This document shows, piece by piece, positions 9,956-19,011 of a DNA stretch of 64,000 nt. This stretch comes from Minisyncoccota bacterium (GTDB lineage Bacteria; Patescibacteriota; Minisyncoccia; Phycocordibacterales; UBA1006). The stretch spans positions 30,514 through 94,513 of the forward strand of contig JALEGN010000001.1 in assembly GCA_022763365.1 (NCBI GenBank), read 5' to 3'. Each line of letters begins with the position of its first letter. The first letter of the stretch is position 1. Made by a program: the position numbers and the translations under genes. The notes under the pieces were generated by a model that made no database searches, was not told the origin of the DNA, and worked only from the letters and a program-made list of their open reading frames with translations.

Positions 9956-10954
9956 ATGAAAAAAAGTTTTATTATATTTATATTAAGTTTATTTATTATC
10001 CCAATTTTTGCTTTTGCTAGTGAAGGGTATTGGGGTACCCAGTGGCAACGTAATTCGTCCTTTTCACGAAAAGTTGATAAGTTAGATGATGATCCAGTTG
10101 AAAAAATTCCGATCCCTGTATTATTTGGAATTGATCTTGGTAATGTTCCTGATGATTTTGGAGCTCCGCGTGGTGGTGGAACACGATCTCACGAAGGAAT
10201 CGATTTCCTTGTTCCAACGGGAACACCAATTATTTCTCCTACCGAGGCAGTTGTTCGAAATATTGGAGTGGGAAATTCAGCTGGGAATTACGTATATACG
10301 GTTAACCCAGGAGGTGAGGTCTTTGCCTACATGCACCTTCATGAAATTGCTAGAGGTCTTGAACCGGGCGATGAGCTCGACCCTGGAGACTTCATCGGAA
10401 CGGTCGGGTACAGTGGAAACGCTGTTGAGTCTGCTCCACATTTACATTTTGAAATTCAAGTTGATGGAGAAGCAATAGATCCACATCATCGTGTTGCAAA
10501 AGAATTTGATTTAGAGGAGAAAATGGAATTTTTGGATGAAGTTTTTGATACGATGAATAGTTCTGACGATGATGACTTAGCAGAATTGATGTTAAGTGTT
10601 TATCGAGATGAAATTCAAGAGGCTGAAGACGAGGATATTGACCTTCCTAAAGAAATTGAAGAGGCACAAGAGGATTTGAATGAAAAACAAGAAGAGTTTT
10701 TTGAAAATCTCGATGAAGGTGATATCGATTGTAATATTAGATATACACGTTTGATTCGTTTATGGAGTCGTGGTGAGGATGTCAAAGATGTGCAACGATG
10801 TATGAATTCATTAGGATTTAGTACTGGCGTAGTTGATGGAATTTATGGACCTAATACTTACGCAGGAATTACGGCTTACCAAAGAAATGCTGGTTTAAAA
10901 TATATTGATGGTATTGTTGGACCTGAAACTTCATCAGCATTAAATAGACTATAG
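9956..10954 (+). CDS. secreted M23 (LytM-type) peptidase with a C-terminal peptidoglycan-binding domain
   Basis: N-terminal signal peptide. M23 motifs HEGIDF...HLHFEI. C-terminal PG_binding_1-like GIYGPNTYAGITAYQRNAGL...GIVGPETSSAL. Confidence 0.8.
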   Translation: MKKSFIIFILSLFIIPIFAFASEGYWGTQWQRNSSFSRKVDKLDDDPVEKIPIPVLFGIDLGNVPDDFGAPRGGGTRSHEGIDFLVPTGTPIISPTEAVVRNIGVGNSAGNYVYTVNPGGEVFAYMHLHEIARGLEPGDELDPGDFIGTVGYSGNAVESAPHLHFEIQVDGEAIDPHHRVAKEFDLEEKMEFLDEVFDTMNSSDDDDLAELMLSVYRDEIQEAEDEDIDLPKEIEEAQEDLNEKQEEFFENLDEGDIDCNIRYTRLIRLWSRGEDVKDVQRCMNSLGFSTGVVDGIYGPNTYAGITAYQRNAGLKYIDGIVGPETSSALNRL

Positions 10955-10962
10955 ATCAAAAT

Positions 10963-10996
10963 AAAAAACCTGAATTACTTTCAGGTTTTTTATTTT
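10963..10996. terminator. bidirectional rho-independent terminator between convergent genes
   Basis: aaaaaacctgaattactttcaggttttttatttttc. It is near-identical to the terminator at 9895-9928. Confidence 0.75.
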
Positions 10997-12588
10997 TCAC
11001 CGACCAGCACCATATTGGTTGGTGGGTAGGGTATAGTTGTTAATCCTTGTTCTGTTTTTTCAAACAGTTCTACACTTCCTCTGAATCGATTTTCTACAAT
11101 CCATTGATTGGTATAGGCTTTTGAATATGTTGTTCCGTTATGAACAATGGAAAATCCAGCTTTCTCAAGAGCTTGCTCCCATTCACTAAAACTCCAAAAG
11201 GCAAATTGTTCGTTTGATTCACTAAGCCAATTATCGGTGTAATCTTTTTTGGTAATATATTCGGTAATATTTTTGAAACTTGTTTTTATATATACTGTGT
11301 CATCAATTTTTTCAATACTATAGTTAATTTTTTCTTGAACATCGCGTCTTCCTGCATCAATAAGATCACGAAGATAGGTTTCGGCATAGAGATAAAAACG
11401 CGATAATGTTGACAGACCTTCGAGCGTCTCTGGTGAAAAATCACTCCATGATTTCACTTCTTCTGGTCGCATATTCTCTCCATCAGTATCAGAGAGTTTG
11501 GCATAAATTATTTTGTTTTTATCTTCAGGTCCTACAACATCACGAATTATAATTCTACCACCAGCTTGGGTTTGTTTGTATTTATGGGCAAGATACGCAT
11601 GAATATCCTTTTCTCCGTTTCCATAAGAATAAATTTCATGTGTTGTTGAATTACATAATGTTGTTGAGATGGTATTTTCTTTAAAGATTTCTTCAGTAAT
11701 ATTTCGTTGATAAAAGTTAATATAACTATTGCCAAAGTCACCAAGTCGTTGCCGCTCTTGGCAACGTGCAATAAACTCAGCGGTGATATCAACACCAATA
11801 TAATCACTGTCTGGTTCATCAGTAATAATTCGTGCCAAAAGTGATCCATCAGCACAACCCTCATCAACAATGCGGCCTGGAATAATAGCATCTTTTACAT
11901 CTTGGTATTTAAATTCCAAAAGTTGATTATGTCCCATACCGTAGGCATAGGTAGCATAATCTCGAGTTTCGGTAAGGCTTCCGCTTTCGGTTAATAATGG
12001 ATCATTCCATAGTCTATGAACATGAGCGTATACTTGTGGCAGTGTTTTCCATAATGATTGCCCTGATAGTGACAGGAGAGAAAAATCATCAGCTTTTTCG
12101 ATGTCTGTGAAATCGCTTTCAATAATATTCTTTAAAATTTCATTAGGGGTTTTTTCAGTATATTCTTGGGTATTAATGTTAAACTCAGCGTCATATACGA
12201 TAAAATTATTTTTTCTAAATCGTTTAGCTAGCGCTTGGGTTGAGCACAAAATATTTGTATTTTCAGGATGTAGATCTATATGTAAACTGTCTTGAACATA
12301 TTTAATAACAAGTTCAGTAAAATTTTCAACAAGTCCAAAATGTGGAACAGGAACAATACGGTACTGAATGGTTGGTTTTGTTCCTTGCAATTCTTGACCA
12401 AATCTATCAACGCCAAGTGCTCGTACCCATAAAGGTAGTGGGTTGTATCGCGACCCACGTTGGTTAGCAGAAGTAATGGCAAAAATAATACATATCTGCT
12501 CATCACTATTTGCTATCTGTTCTAAGATATATTTTTTTTGAAATGCAGTAGTCAGTAAATGACGCCCAGGGAATAAAATATATTTCAT
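10990..12588 (-). CDS. hypothetical multidomain protein with a central class I SAM-dependent methyltransferase fold
   Basis: MTase motif I region IVDEGCADGSLL and motif II YIGVDI. The N- and C-terminal regions are unassigned. Confidence 0.5.
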   Translation of the reverse strand: MKYILFPGRHLLTTAFQKKYILEQIANSDEQICIIFAITSANQRGSRYNPLPLWVRALGVDRFGQELQGTKPTIQYRIVPVPHFGLVENFTELVIKYVQDSLHIDLHPENTNILCSTQALAKRFRKNNFIVYDAEFNINTQEYTEKTPNEILKNIIESDFTDIEKADDFSLLSLSGQSLWKTLPQVYAHVHRLWNDPLLTESGSLTETRDYATYAYGMGHNQLLEFKYQDVKDAIIPGRIVDEGCADGSLLARIITDEPDSDYIGVDITAEFIARCQERQRLGDFGNSYINFYQRNITEEIFKENTISTTLCNSTTHEIYSYGNGEKDIHAYLAHKYKQTQAGGRIIIRDVVGPEDKNKIIYAKLSDTDGENMRPEEVKSWSDFSPETLEGLSTLSRFYLYAETYLRDLIDAGRRDVQEKINYSIEKIDDTVYIKTSFKNITEYITKKDYTDNWLSESNEQFAFWSFSEWEQALEKAGFSIVHNGTTYSKAYTNQWIVENRFRGSVELFEKTEQGLTTIPYPPTNMVLVGEK

Positions 12589-12751
12589 ATACTCTCTATA
12601 CTACCAAAATTTGATATAATAAATATATGAATGATAGGCAAGCAGAATTACTTATTGAAACACTTAAAGAATCAAATCGGATTCTTGAACAAAAACTTGA
12701 GCAAATTGATCGATCACTTGATAAAATTCAAGAAGAGTTAAGAGAGTTAAA

Positions 12752-13348
12752 TTGATAATGAATTTTTTTATATTTACAAAACATCATAAAGCATCCTCTT
12801 TACATACTTTCTGTGGATTTACCCTAATAGAGTTATTGGTCGTGATTGCTGTTATTGGTATTTTATCTACTATAATCCTCAGTGCACTTTCTGATGCTCG
12901 GGATAAAGCAGAGCGAGCTAATGCTGTTACTGAATTAAAATCATTACGGGACGCTATTTTTACACTCGAGCTAGATACTGGGGTAATGGTTGGAGGTTTG
13001 GCTCTTGATACCTGTGCTGCTAATGATGAATATAGCTTTGAACCAACATCACCAGAATGTGGTGGTGGACTTATTTGTAATACCGCAAGACTGTATCCAT
13101 CAGGTGCTACGTATACCTATCCAAGTTCTTGGAATGGACCCTACGTTTCAGAAGCAGCCCTTCTTGATCCATGGGGAAATTATTATTTGTTTGATTATGA
13201 TATTCATTGTGGTGACAGTGGGAATGCGATTCCGTCTGAAAAGTGTAATGGTAATACAGGGGAAGTTGTTGGGGTTACCAGCGCTGGTCCTGATGGAGAT
13301 TTCTTTACTTATAACGATAATGAGGTCAGTGTTGTCTGCCCACAATAA
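12752..13348 (+). CDS. type IV pilin-like / pseudopilin protein (prepilin-type N-terminal cleavage/methylation domain)
   Basis: G|FTLIELLVVIAVIGILSTIILSAL is a class III signal with the conserved Glu at +5. The start is probably the ATG at 12758. Confidence 0.7.
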   Translation: MIMNFFIFTKHHKASSLHTFCGFTLIELLVVIAVIGILSTIILSALSDARDKAERANAVTELKSLRDAIFTLELDTGVMVGGLALDTCAANDEYSFEPTSPECGGGLICNTARLYPSGATYTYPSSWNGPYVSEAALLDPWGNYYLFDYDIHCGDSGNAIPSEKCNGNTGEVVGVTSAGPDGDFFTYNDNEVSVVCPQ

Positions 13349-13373
13349 AAAACACCTACGAGGTGTTTTTTAT
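13346..13373. terminator. bidirectional terminator of the aaaaaacacct..aggtgtttttt family (similar copies at 21028-21056 and 23033-23063)
   Basis: aaaaaacacctacgaggtgttttttatt between the convergent pilin and ABC genes. Confidence 0.75.
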
Positions 13374-15100
13374 TGTTGTCCATTCCATAGAGAATAGTAC
13401 AAGCCTTTATTATTCAATAATTCTGTATGTGTGCCATATTCATCAATGATTCCATTACGCATAACATAGATAGTATCAGCATGTTCAATGGTTGAGAGTC
13501 TGTGGGCGACAAGAATCATAATCAGTTCTGGATGTTCTTTTTTAATCTCTTTAATGGTTTGGTTGATTTCATATTCTGTTAGGGAATCAAGGCTTGAGGT
13601 TGCTTCATCAAAAATAAGAATATCAGGCTTCCGCAAGAGGGCTCTGGCAATAGCAATACGTTGACGTTCACCACCTGAGAGTTTAATTCCGTTTTCTCCT
13701 AATAAGGTATCAAGGCCGTCATCACTCCGCTTTAGTATTCCATGAGCTTTTGCTTGAGATAAGGCTTTTAGGCAATCATCATCACTTGCTGAGGGTTCAA
13801 CAAACAAAAGGTTTTCACGTATGGTTCCTGCAAATACTTGGCTTTCTTGTGGAACGTATCCGACCCGTTTTCGTAAGCTCATAGGGTTAATATTTTTCTG
13901 TGGAATTCCGTTATAAGTAATGATTCCTTTTTGTGGCTTGTAGAGTCCAAGGAGTAGTTTTAAAAAGGTCGATTTACCTGATCCACTTGGTCCAGCCAAG
14001 GCAATAGTATCGCCAGCTTTAATAGTAAGATTAATAGAAGACAATGAGGGAGTAGATTCAATATAAGAGAAAGAAACACTGTCAAAACTAATCGAGTCTA
14101 TATGGGTAATATCTTCTTTTTCTCTATCATGAGTTATCGTTTGTTCTTGAAGAATAACTTCAAGTTCACCAACTGAAGCCTGGGCTTCTTGATAGCTTTG
14201 AACAAGTCCTGCAAATTGACCGAGTGGTCCAAAAACAAAAAATCCATAAAACCATAGTGCAAGGAATTCTCCTAAACTAATTGATCCTTGAAAAATTAGA
14301 ATCATTGATACAAAGACAATTAAAGTACTGACAGCATTAACTAAGGTTCCTTGAATAAAAGATAATTTTCTAAGAATAACGACTTTCTGCAATTCGAGCT
14401 CCAAAATAATTTCATGCACATCATTAAGTCGTTTAATTTCCTGATGTTCAAGTCCTAATGATTTTACGAGTCCAACATTTTGAAGTGTTTCGGTAGTTGA
14501 GGCGGCAAGCTCGGCACTTTTAAGGACAATAATTTGTTGAGCTTTTTTAATGCTTTTTCCTGTAAAGTAAATAATACTTCCAACTAATGGGAGAGATAGA
14601 GTAAACACAAGCCCAATCCAATAATGAACCGTAAAGGCATAAATAATAACAAAGAGAATTCCAATCAATGAAAAGAATCCAATATTTACGACATCATTAA
14701 TGAGTTTTTTACTATGATCACGAGCTTTCTGCAATTTTTGTAAAAGGGATCCTGATTGTTCATTCTCAAATACCTTAAAGGGAAGGGTAAAGACATGCGC
14801 TACTGAATCATTATACATACCCGTTCCAACTCGTTCTGAAACGACGTTTACATAGTAATCTTGAAATGCTTTACCAAGACGAGAGATTAAAGCGACACCA
14901 ATATACAAAAGAAGTAACAGTCCAACACCAGTAATAAATTCAGATTGCGTATATGCTTCAAATTCTGCAGCATAGTTATCAATAACAAGCCGAAAGACTT
15001 GAGGATTTAAAAGAGAAAATATCTGATTTACTGCTGCAAAAAATAATGCCAGAGAGAGTATTTTTGAATGTTTACCTAAATAATTAAGAAATGTTTTCAT
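13370..15100 (-). CDS. ABC transporter, fused permease/ATPase (type I exporter)
   Basis: Six TM helices N-terminally. Walker A GPSGSGKST, signature LSGGERQRIAIARALL, Walker B ILIFDEATSSLD, H-loop VAHRLSTI. Confidence 0.85.
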   Translation of the reverse strand: MKTFLNYLGKHSKILSLALFFAAVNQIFSLLNPQVFRLVIDNYAAEFEAYTQSEFITGVGLLLLLYIGVALISRLGKAFQDYYVNVVSERVGTGMYNDSVAHVFTLPFKVFENEQSGSLLQKLQKARDHSKKLINDVVNIGFFSLIGILFVIIYAFTVHYWIGLVFTLSLPLVGSIIYFTGKSIKKAQQIIVLKSAELAASTTETLQNVGLVKSLGLEHQEIKRLNDVHEIILELELQKVVILRKLSFIQGTLVNAVSTLIVFVSMILIFQGSISLGEFLALWFYGFFVFGPLGQFAGLVQSYQEAQASVGELEVILQEQTITHDREKEDITHIDSISFDSVSFSYIESTPSLSSINLTIKAGDTIALAGPSGSGKSTFLKLLLGLYKPQKGIITYNGIPQKNINPMSLRKRVGYVPQESQVFAGTIRENLLFVEPSASDDDCLKALSQAKAHGILKRSDDGLDTLLGENGIKLSGGERQRIAIARALLRKPDILIFDEATSSLDSLTEYEINQTIKEIKKEHPELIMILVAHRLSTIEHADTIYVMRNGIIDEYGTHTELLNNKGLYYSLWNGQQ

Positions 15101-15161
15101 ACTGACCAGTATACTGAAACTTTCTATTTGAGCTATTTTGTGAGCGCTATATAATACAACT

Positions 15162-15413
15162 ATGTTAATACAGCAACTTGTCGATGCTTTAGGTTCAGTA
15201 TTTTTACAAATCCCACCATTTTATTATCTCCTTATTTTTCTTTTTGTAATGGCGGGTTCAATTATCGTCAGTATTATTTTCCATTACCATATTCAGAAAT
15301 ATACCTTTCGTGATTATAAAACTGGGCTTATGCGACTTGTTTTCATTTCAGGTCTTGGAATATTATCAACTATCGCTCTTATTTTATTAGGACTTATTTT
15401 TCGACTATCATGA
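15162..15413 (+). CDS. small membrane protein
   Basis: Two hydrophobic helices. Overlaps the next gene's start (ATGA). Confidence 0.4.
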   Translation: MLIQQLVDALGSVFLQIPPFYYLLIFLFVMAGSIIVSIIFHYHIQKYTFRDYKTGLMRLVFISGLGILSTIALILLGLIFRLS

Positions 15414-15943
15414 TTGAACTAGCACCACAAGAACATATCATTGCACTCTTTCGAAAACATTGGTTTGTCATTTTATTGGAATTACTTGGTCTTGGTATCT
15501 TGGCGTTGGCTCCTATTGCTCTCTATATTTTTGGAAATATATTTATTTTTGGGGCACTTGGTTTTGGATTAACTGTAATACTAGGTTTCTTTTATGTATT
15601 ATTTCTTATTGTGCTATGGATTGTAGGGTTTAATTTATGGCTGGATTTTTACCTTGATAAACTTGTTGTGACGAATGAACGGGTTATTGAAATTGAGCAA
15701 CGTGGTTTGTTTTCCCGAGAAATTTCAAGTCTTAATCTTGAAAACATCCAAGATGTTACCATTGAGGTTCATGGTATTATTCAAACATTTTTCAAACTTG
15801 GAGATATCCATGTTCAAACCTCAGGGGCTCAAAAGAAAGTTTCTATTTCATATTTAGCTCATCCTGAGTATGCAAAACATATGATTATGGATCTTCATAA
15901 TCAAACACTGAATCGCGTTAAGTCAGTTCGCATAGAGCAATAA
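15410..15943 (+). CDS. membrane protein with a bacterial PH-like (YdbS/YdbT-type) domain
   Basis: N-terminal TM helices followed by LVVTNERVIEIEQRGLFSREISSLNLENIQDV...GDIHVQT, which is bPH_2-like. Confidence 0.5.
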   Translation: MIELAPQEHIIALFRKHWFVILLELLGLGILALAPIALYIFGNIFIFGALGFGLTVILGFFYVLFLIVLWIVGFNLWLDFYLDKLVVTNERVIEIEQRGLFSREISSLNLENIQDVTIEVHGIIQTFFKLGDIHVQTSGAQKKVSISYLAHPEYAKHMIMDLHNQTLNRVKSVRIEQ

Positions 15944-15985
15944 TAAAAACCTATTAATAGGTTTTTATTTTGTTATAGTAAGCAC

Positions 15986-16678
15986 ATGAACAATCAGCAG
16001 TTTTGGGAGCAAGAATATAAAAAATCTCAGCTTGTCACTCAATCGCATAAACCTCAAAAAGATTTCTTGCGGTTTATCAAATGGATCAAAAATAATAAAC
16101 ACATTAATTTGTATTCTGGCATTACGGTGCTTGATCTTGGTTGTGGGGTAGGGCGTAATAGTTTCTATATGGCTGATAACTATGATGCGAAGGTACATGG
16201 CTGGGATTTCTCCAGTGATGCTATTGAAAAAGCGCAGAAATTCCATAGTCATGAATTAATAAATTTTCAAATGCGAGATATTGGAGAGAAATTTCCACTC
16301 GGAGATAATTCAGTAGATATAATTTTAGATGTTACGGCATCAAATGCTTTAAATGAAAAACAGCGTTCAATCTATCTAAAAGAATGTGCACGTGTATTAA
16401 AACCCTCAGGCTTTATGTATGTACGAACACTTGCAAAAGAAGGTGATAAGAATGCTCAAAAAATGGTCAAAGAATTTCCGGGTGGGGAATACGATACCTA
16501 TATGCATCCACAATTAAATGTGACGGAACGTATTTTCTCAGGCCCAGATTTTAAGGAATTATATAATCAATATCTAGAAGTAGTTCGCATGGAACGTAAA
16601 ACAGGGTATCAAGCTTTTGGGAAGCAACGATATAAACGAAATTATTGGAATATTTATATTAAAAATAAAAACGCATAA
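15986..16678 (+). CDS. class I SAM-dependent methyltransferase
   Basis: Motif I VLDLGCGVGRNSFYMA and motif II-like DIILDV. Confidence 0.7.
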   Translation: MNNQQFWEQEYKKSQLVTQSHKPQKDFLRFIKWIKNNKHINLYSGITVLDLGCGVGRNSFYMADNYDAKVHGWDFSSDAIEKAQKFHSHELINFQMRDIGEKFPLGDNSVDIILDVTASNALNEKQRSIYLKECARVLKPSGFMYVRTLAKEGDKNAQKMVKEFPGGEYDTYMHPQLNVTERIFSGPDFKELYNQYLEVVRMERKTGYQAFGKQRYKRNYWNIYIKNKNA

Positions 16679-16685
16679 TGCGTTT

Positions 16686-18149
16686 TTATTTTGCTTCAAT
16701 AACAAAGACAGTGTTTGTTGAACCAATTTCTCCAAAGGGCGTTCCTGCGGTGACAACAATTTTTTCTCCAGATAATGCCCATTTATTTTTCTTTATAAGT
16801 TTTTGAATTTCTTTTGAGACATCATCAATACTTCCTGCCATATCATTAAGGACCGGCTTACATCCGTAGAACATATGAAGCTCTCGGTAAGTTCGCGGAT
16901 GAGGAGTAATAGCAATAACACCATGATGAGGTCTAAACCGGGTCATCATACGAGCCGTACCACCTGATTCAGTTAAACAAACAATTAATCGGGCTCTAAT
17001 ATTATTAGCAACGCGCACTGCCGATACACTGATGGTATCCACGACTTCACGTGAATCACCAATATAATCAAGATAGGTATTTTTATTTTGGGGTTCTGTT
17101 CGACGTGCAATAGCTGACATTGTCTCAATTGATTTAACTGGATATTTTCCAACCGCAGATTCTCCTGAAAGCATAATAGCATCAGTTCCATCTAAAATAG
17201 CATTAGCTACATCAGATACCTCAGCTCGGGTAGGTACAGGATTTTGTTCCATAGAGTCGAGCATTTGAGTGGCTGTAATAACCGGTTTACCAAGCTCATT
17301 ACATTTTTTGATAATCATTTTTTGAATCAAAGGTACACGTTCCACACCAACTTCAACCGCCATATCGCCTCGAGCTACCATTGCTCCGTCAGCAACATCT
17401 AAAATTTCATCGATATTTTTTACGGCAGGAGTCGTTTCAATTTTTGCAATGATTTTTGCTGATGATTTGTGTTTATTAAGAATCTTTCGAAGATCTAAAA
17501 CATCTTTGGCGGTTTGTACAAAGGATAAGGCGATATAGTCAACGTTATGTTCTATTCCAAAAAGAACATCTTTTTTATCTTTGGTAGTTAACGATGAAAT
17601 AGAAAGTTCAGTATCAGGGAAATTGACTCCTTTATTTGAGCTCAGTGGTCCGCCAACAACTACTTTAGTATGAATTTCTTCACCGCTTACTTTGGTAACT
17701 ACTAATTCTTTCTTACCATCATCAAGTTTAATAACAGCACCTTTTGAAATTTCTTTCGGAAGTTTTTTATAATTAATAAACGCCTGTTTATTATCTCCAA
17801 TAAATTTTTTAGTTGTGAGAATAAATGAATCACCTTCTTTAAGGATGGTATCTTCTTCCATTTTCCCAACGCGGATTTTAGGACCTGAAAGGTCTTGTAA
17901 TATTGCTACAGATTTTTTAGCAGATGTTGCTGCTGACCTAACAAGCTCGAGTGTTTCGTGATGGTCATCATGACTTCCATGTGAAAAATTCATGCGGATG
18001 ACATTAAGACCTGTTAGTATCATGTCTTTAAGAACTTTTTTATCTCGTGAAGCTGGACCTATGGTTGCTACAATTTTTGTTTTCTTTTCTTGAATTGCTT
18101 TCATAATAATAAGTATACATGAGATACTAAATGATATGAAAATATTCAT
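16686..18149 (-). CDS. pyk: pyruvate kinase (probable true start at the internal MKAIQEKKTKIVATIGP, ~18104)
   Basis: KIVATIGPAS, MNFSHGSHDDH and other PK barrel/active-site motifs. Flanked on both sides by similar terminators (aaaacgcat...atgcgtttt). Confidence 0.9.
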   Translation of the reverse strand: MNIFISFSISCILIIMKAIQEKKTKIVATIGPASRDKKVLKDMILTGLNVIRMNFSHGSHDDHHETLELVRSAATSAKKSVAILQDLSGPKIRVGKMEEDTILKEGDSFILTTKKFIGDNKQAFINYKKLPKEISKGAVIKLDDGKKELVVTKVSGEEIHTKVVVGGPLSSNKGVNFPDTELSISSLTTKDKKDVLFGIEHNVDYIALSFVQTAKDVLDLRKILNKHKSSAKIIAKIETTPAVKNIDEILDVADGAMVARGDMAVEVGVERVPLIQKMIIKKCNELGKPVITATQMLDSMEQNPVPTRAEVSDVANAILDGTDAIMLSGESAVGKYPVKSIETMSAIARRTEPQNKNTYLDYIGDSREVVDTISVSAVRVANNIRARLIVCLTESGGTARMMTRFRPHHGVIAITPHPRTYRELHMFYGCKPVLNDMAGSIDDVSKEIQKLIKKNKWALSGEKIVVTAGTPFGEIGSTNTVFVIEAK

Positions 18150-18290
18150 TGTTATAATCCTTTTCTTTATTGCTTTTATTGCAGTATCACTTTACTTTGA
18201 ATCTAATAGGGTTCCAGATGACTATTCACTTGGAAGTATTTCAACTAAGGTTCCAATTTAAAAACGCATAATGATGCGTTTTATTTTTTA

Positions 18291-18956
18291 TTACCAATTA
18301 ACTTCTTCTTTGTTCCATTGTTGTAAATATTCATTTGCTTGAGAAAAATGTTTGCATCCAATAAATCCACGATGAGCTCCAAGAGGTGAGGGATGTGATG
18401 ATTCTAAAACAAGGTGCTTGTTTCGGTCAATAATTTGCCCTTTCTGTTTGGCATAATTCCCCCATAAAAGAAAAACAATATTCTCCCGATTCTTGGATAA
18501 TTGTTTGATTACTTCATCAGTAAATAATTCCCAACCTTTATTGGCGTGTGAACCAGCCTTACCTTCCTCAACCGTGAGAACTGAGTTTAACAAGAGCACT
18601 CCTTGTTCTGCCAAATAGATTAAGTTCCCATTAGAGAAATCTTTCTTGGTACCTACATCATTTTCGATTTCTTTGTAAATATTTTTTAATGATGGCGGAA
18701 CTGGAATTCCAGGCGGTACTGAGAATGATAAACCATGAGCTTGGCCTTTGCCATGATAAGGATCTTGCCCGATAATAACTACCTTAACCTTATTAAAAGG
18801 AGTTGTATTAAAAGCATTAAAGAGACTTTTTGGGTGCGGGTAAACAGTTTTTTCTTGGTATTCTTTTCTTACAAAATCAGCTAATAGTTTCCATTCTGGG
18901 AGTTTAAAATACTTCTCTAAAACCTCGTTCCAGCTGGCTTCAATTTGGACTTTCAT
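18291..18956 (-). CDS. ung: uracil-DNA glycosylase
   Basis: GQDPYHGKGQAHGLSFSV (water-activating loop) and HPSPL. Confidence 0.9.
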   Translation of the reverse strand: MKVQIEASWNEVLEKYFKLPEWKLLADFVRKEYQEKTVYPHPKSLFNAFNTTPFNKVKVVIIGQDPYHGKGQAHGLSFSVPPGIPVPPSLKNIYKEIENDVGTKKDFSNGNLIYLAEQGVLLLNSVLTVEEGKAGSHANKGWELFTDEVIKQLSKNRENIVFLLWGNYAKQKGQIIDRNKHLVLESSHPSPLGAHRGFIGCKHFSQANEYLQQWNKEEVNW

Positions 18957-19011
18957 ATTTTTATCATACCATAGAAAAACCCTTATTTTTTCAAGGTTTT
19001 AGTGGGTTTTT

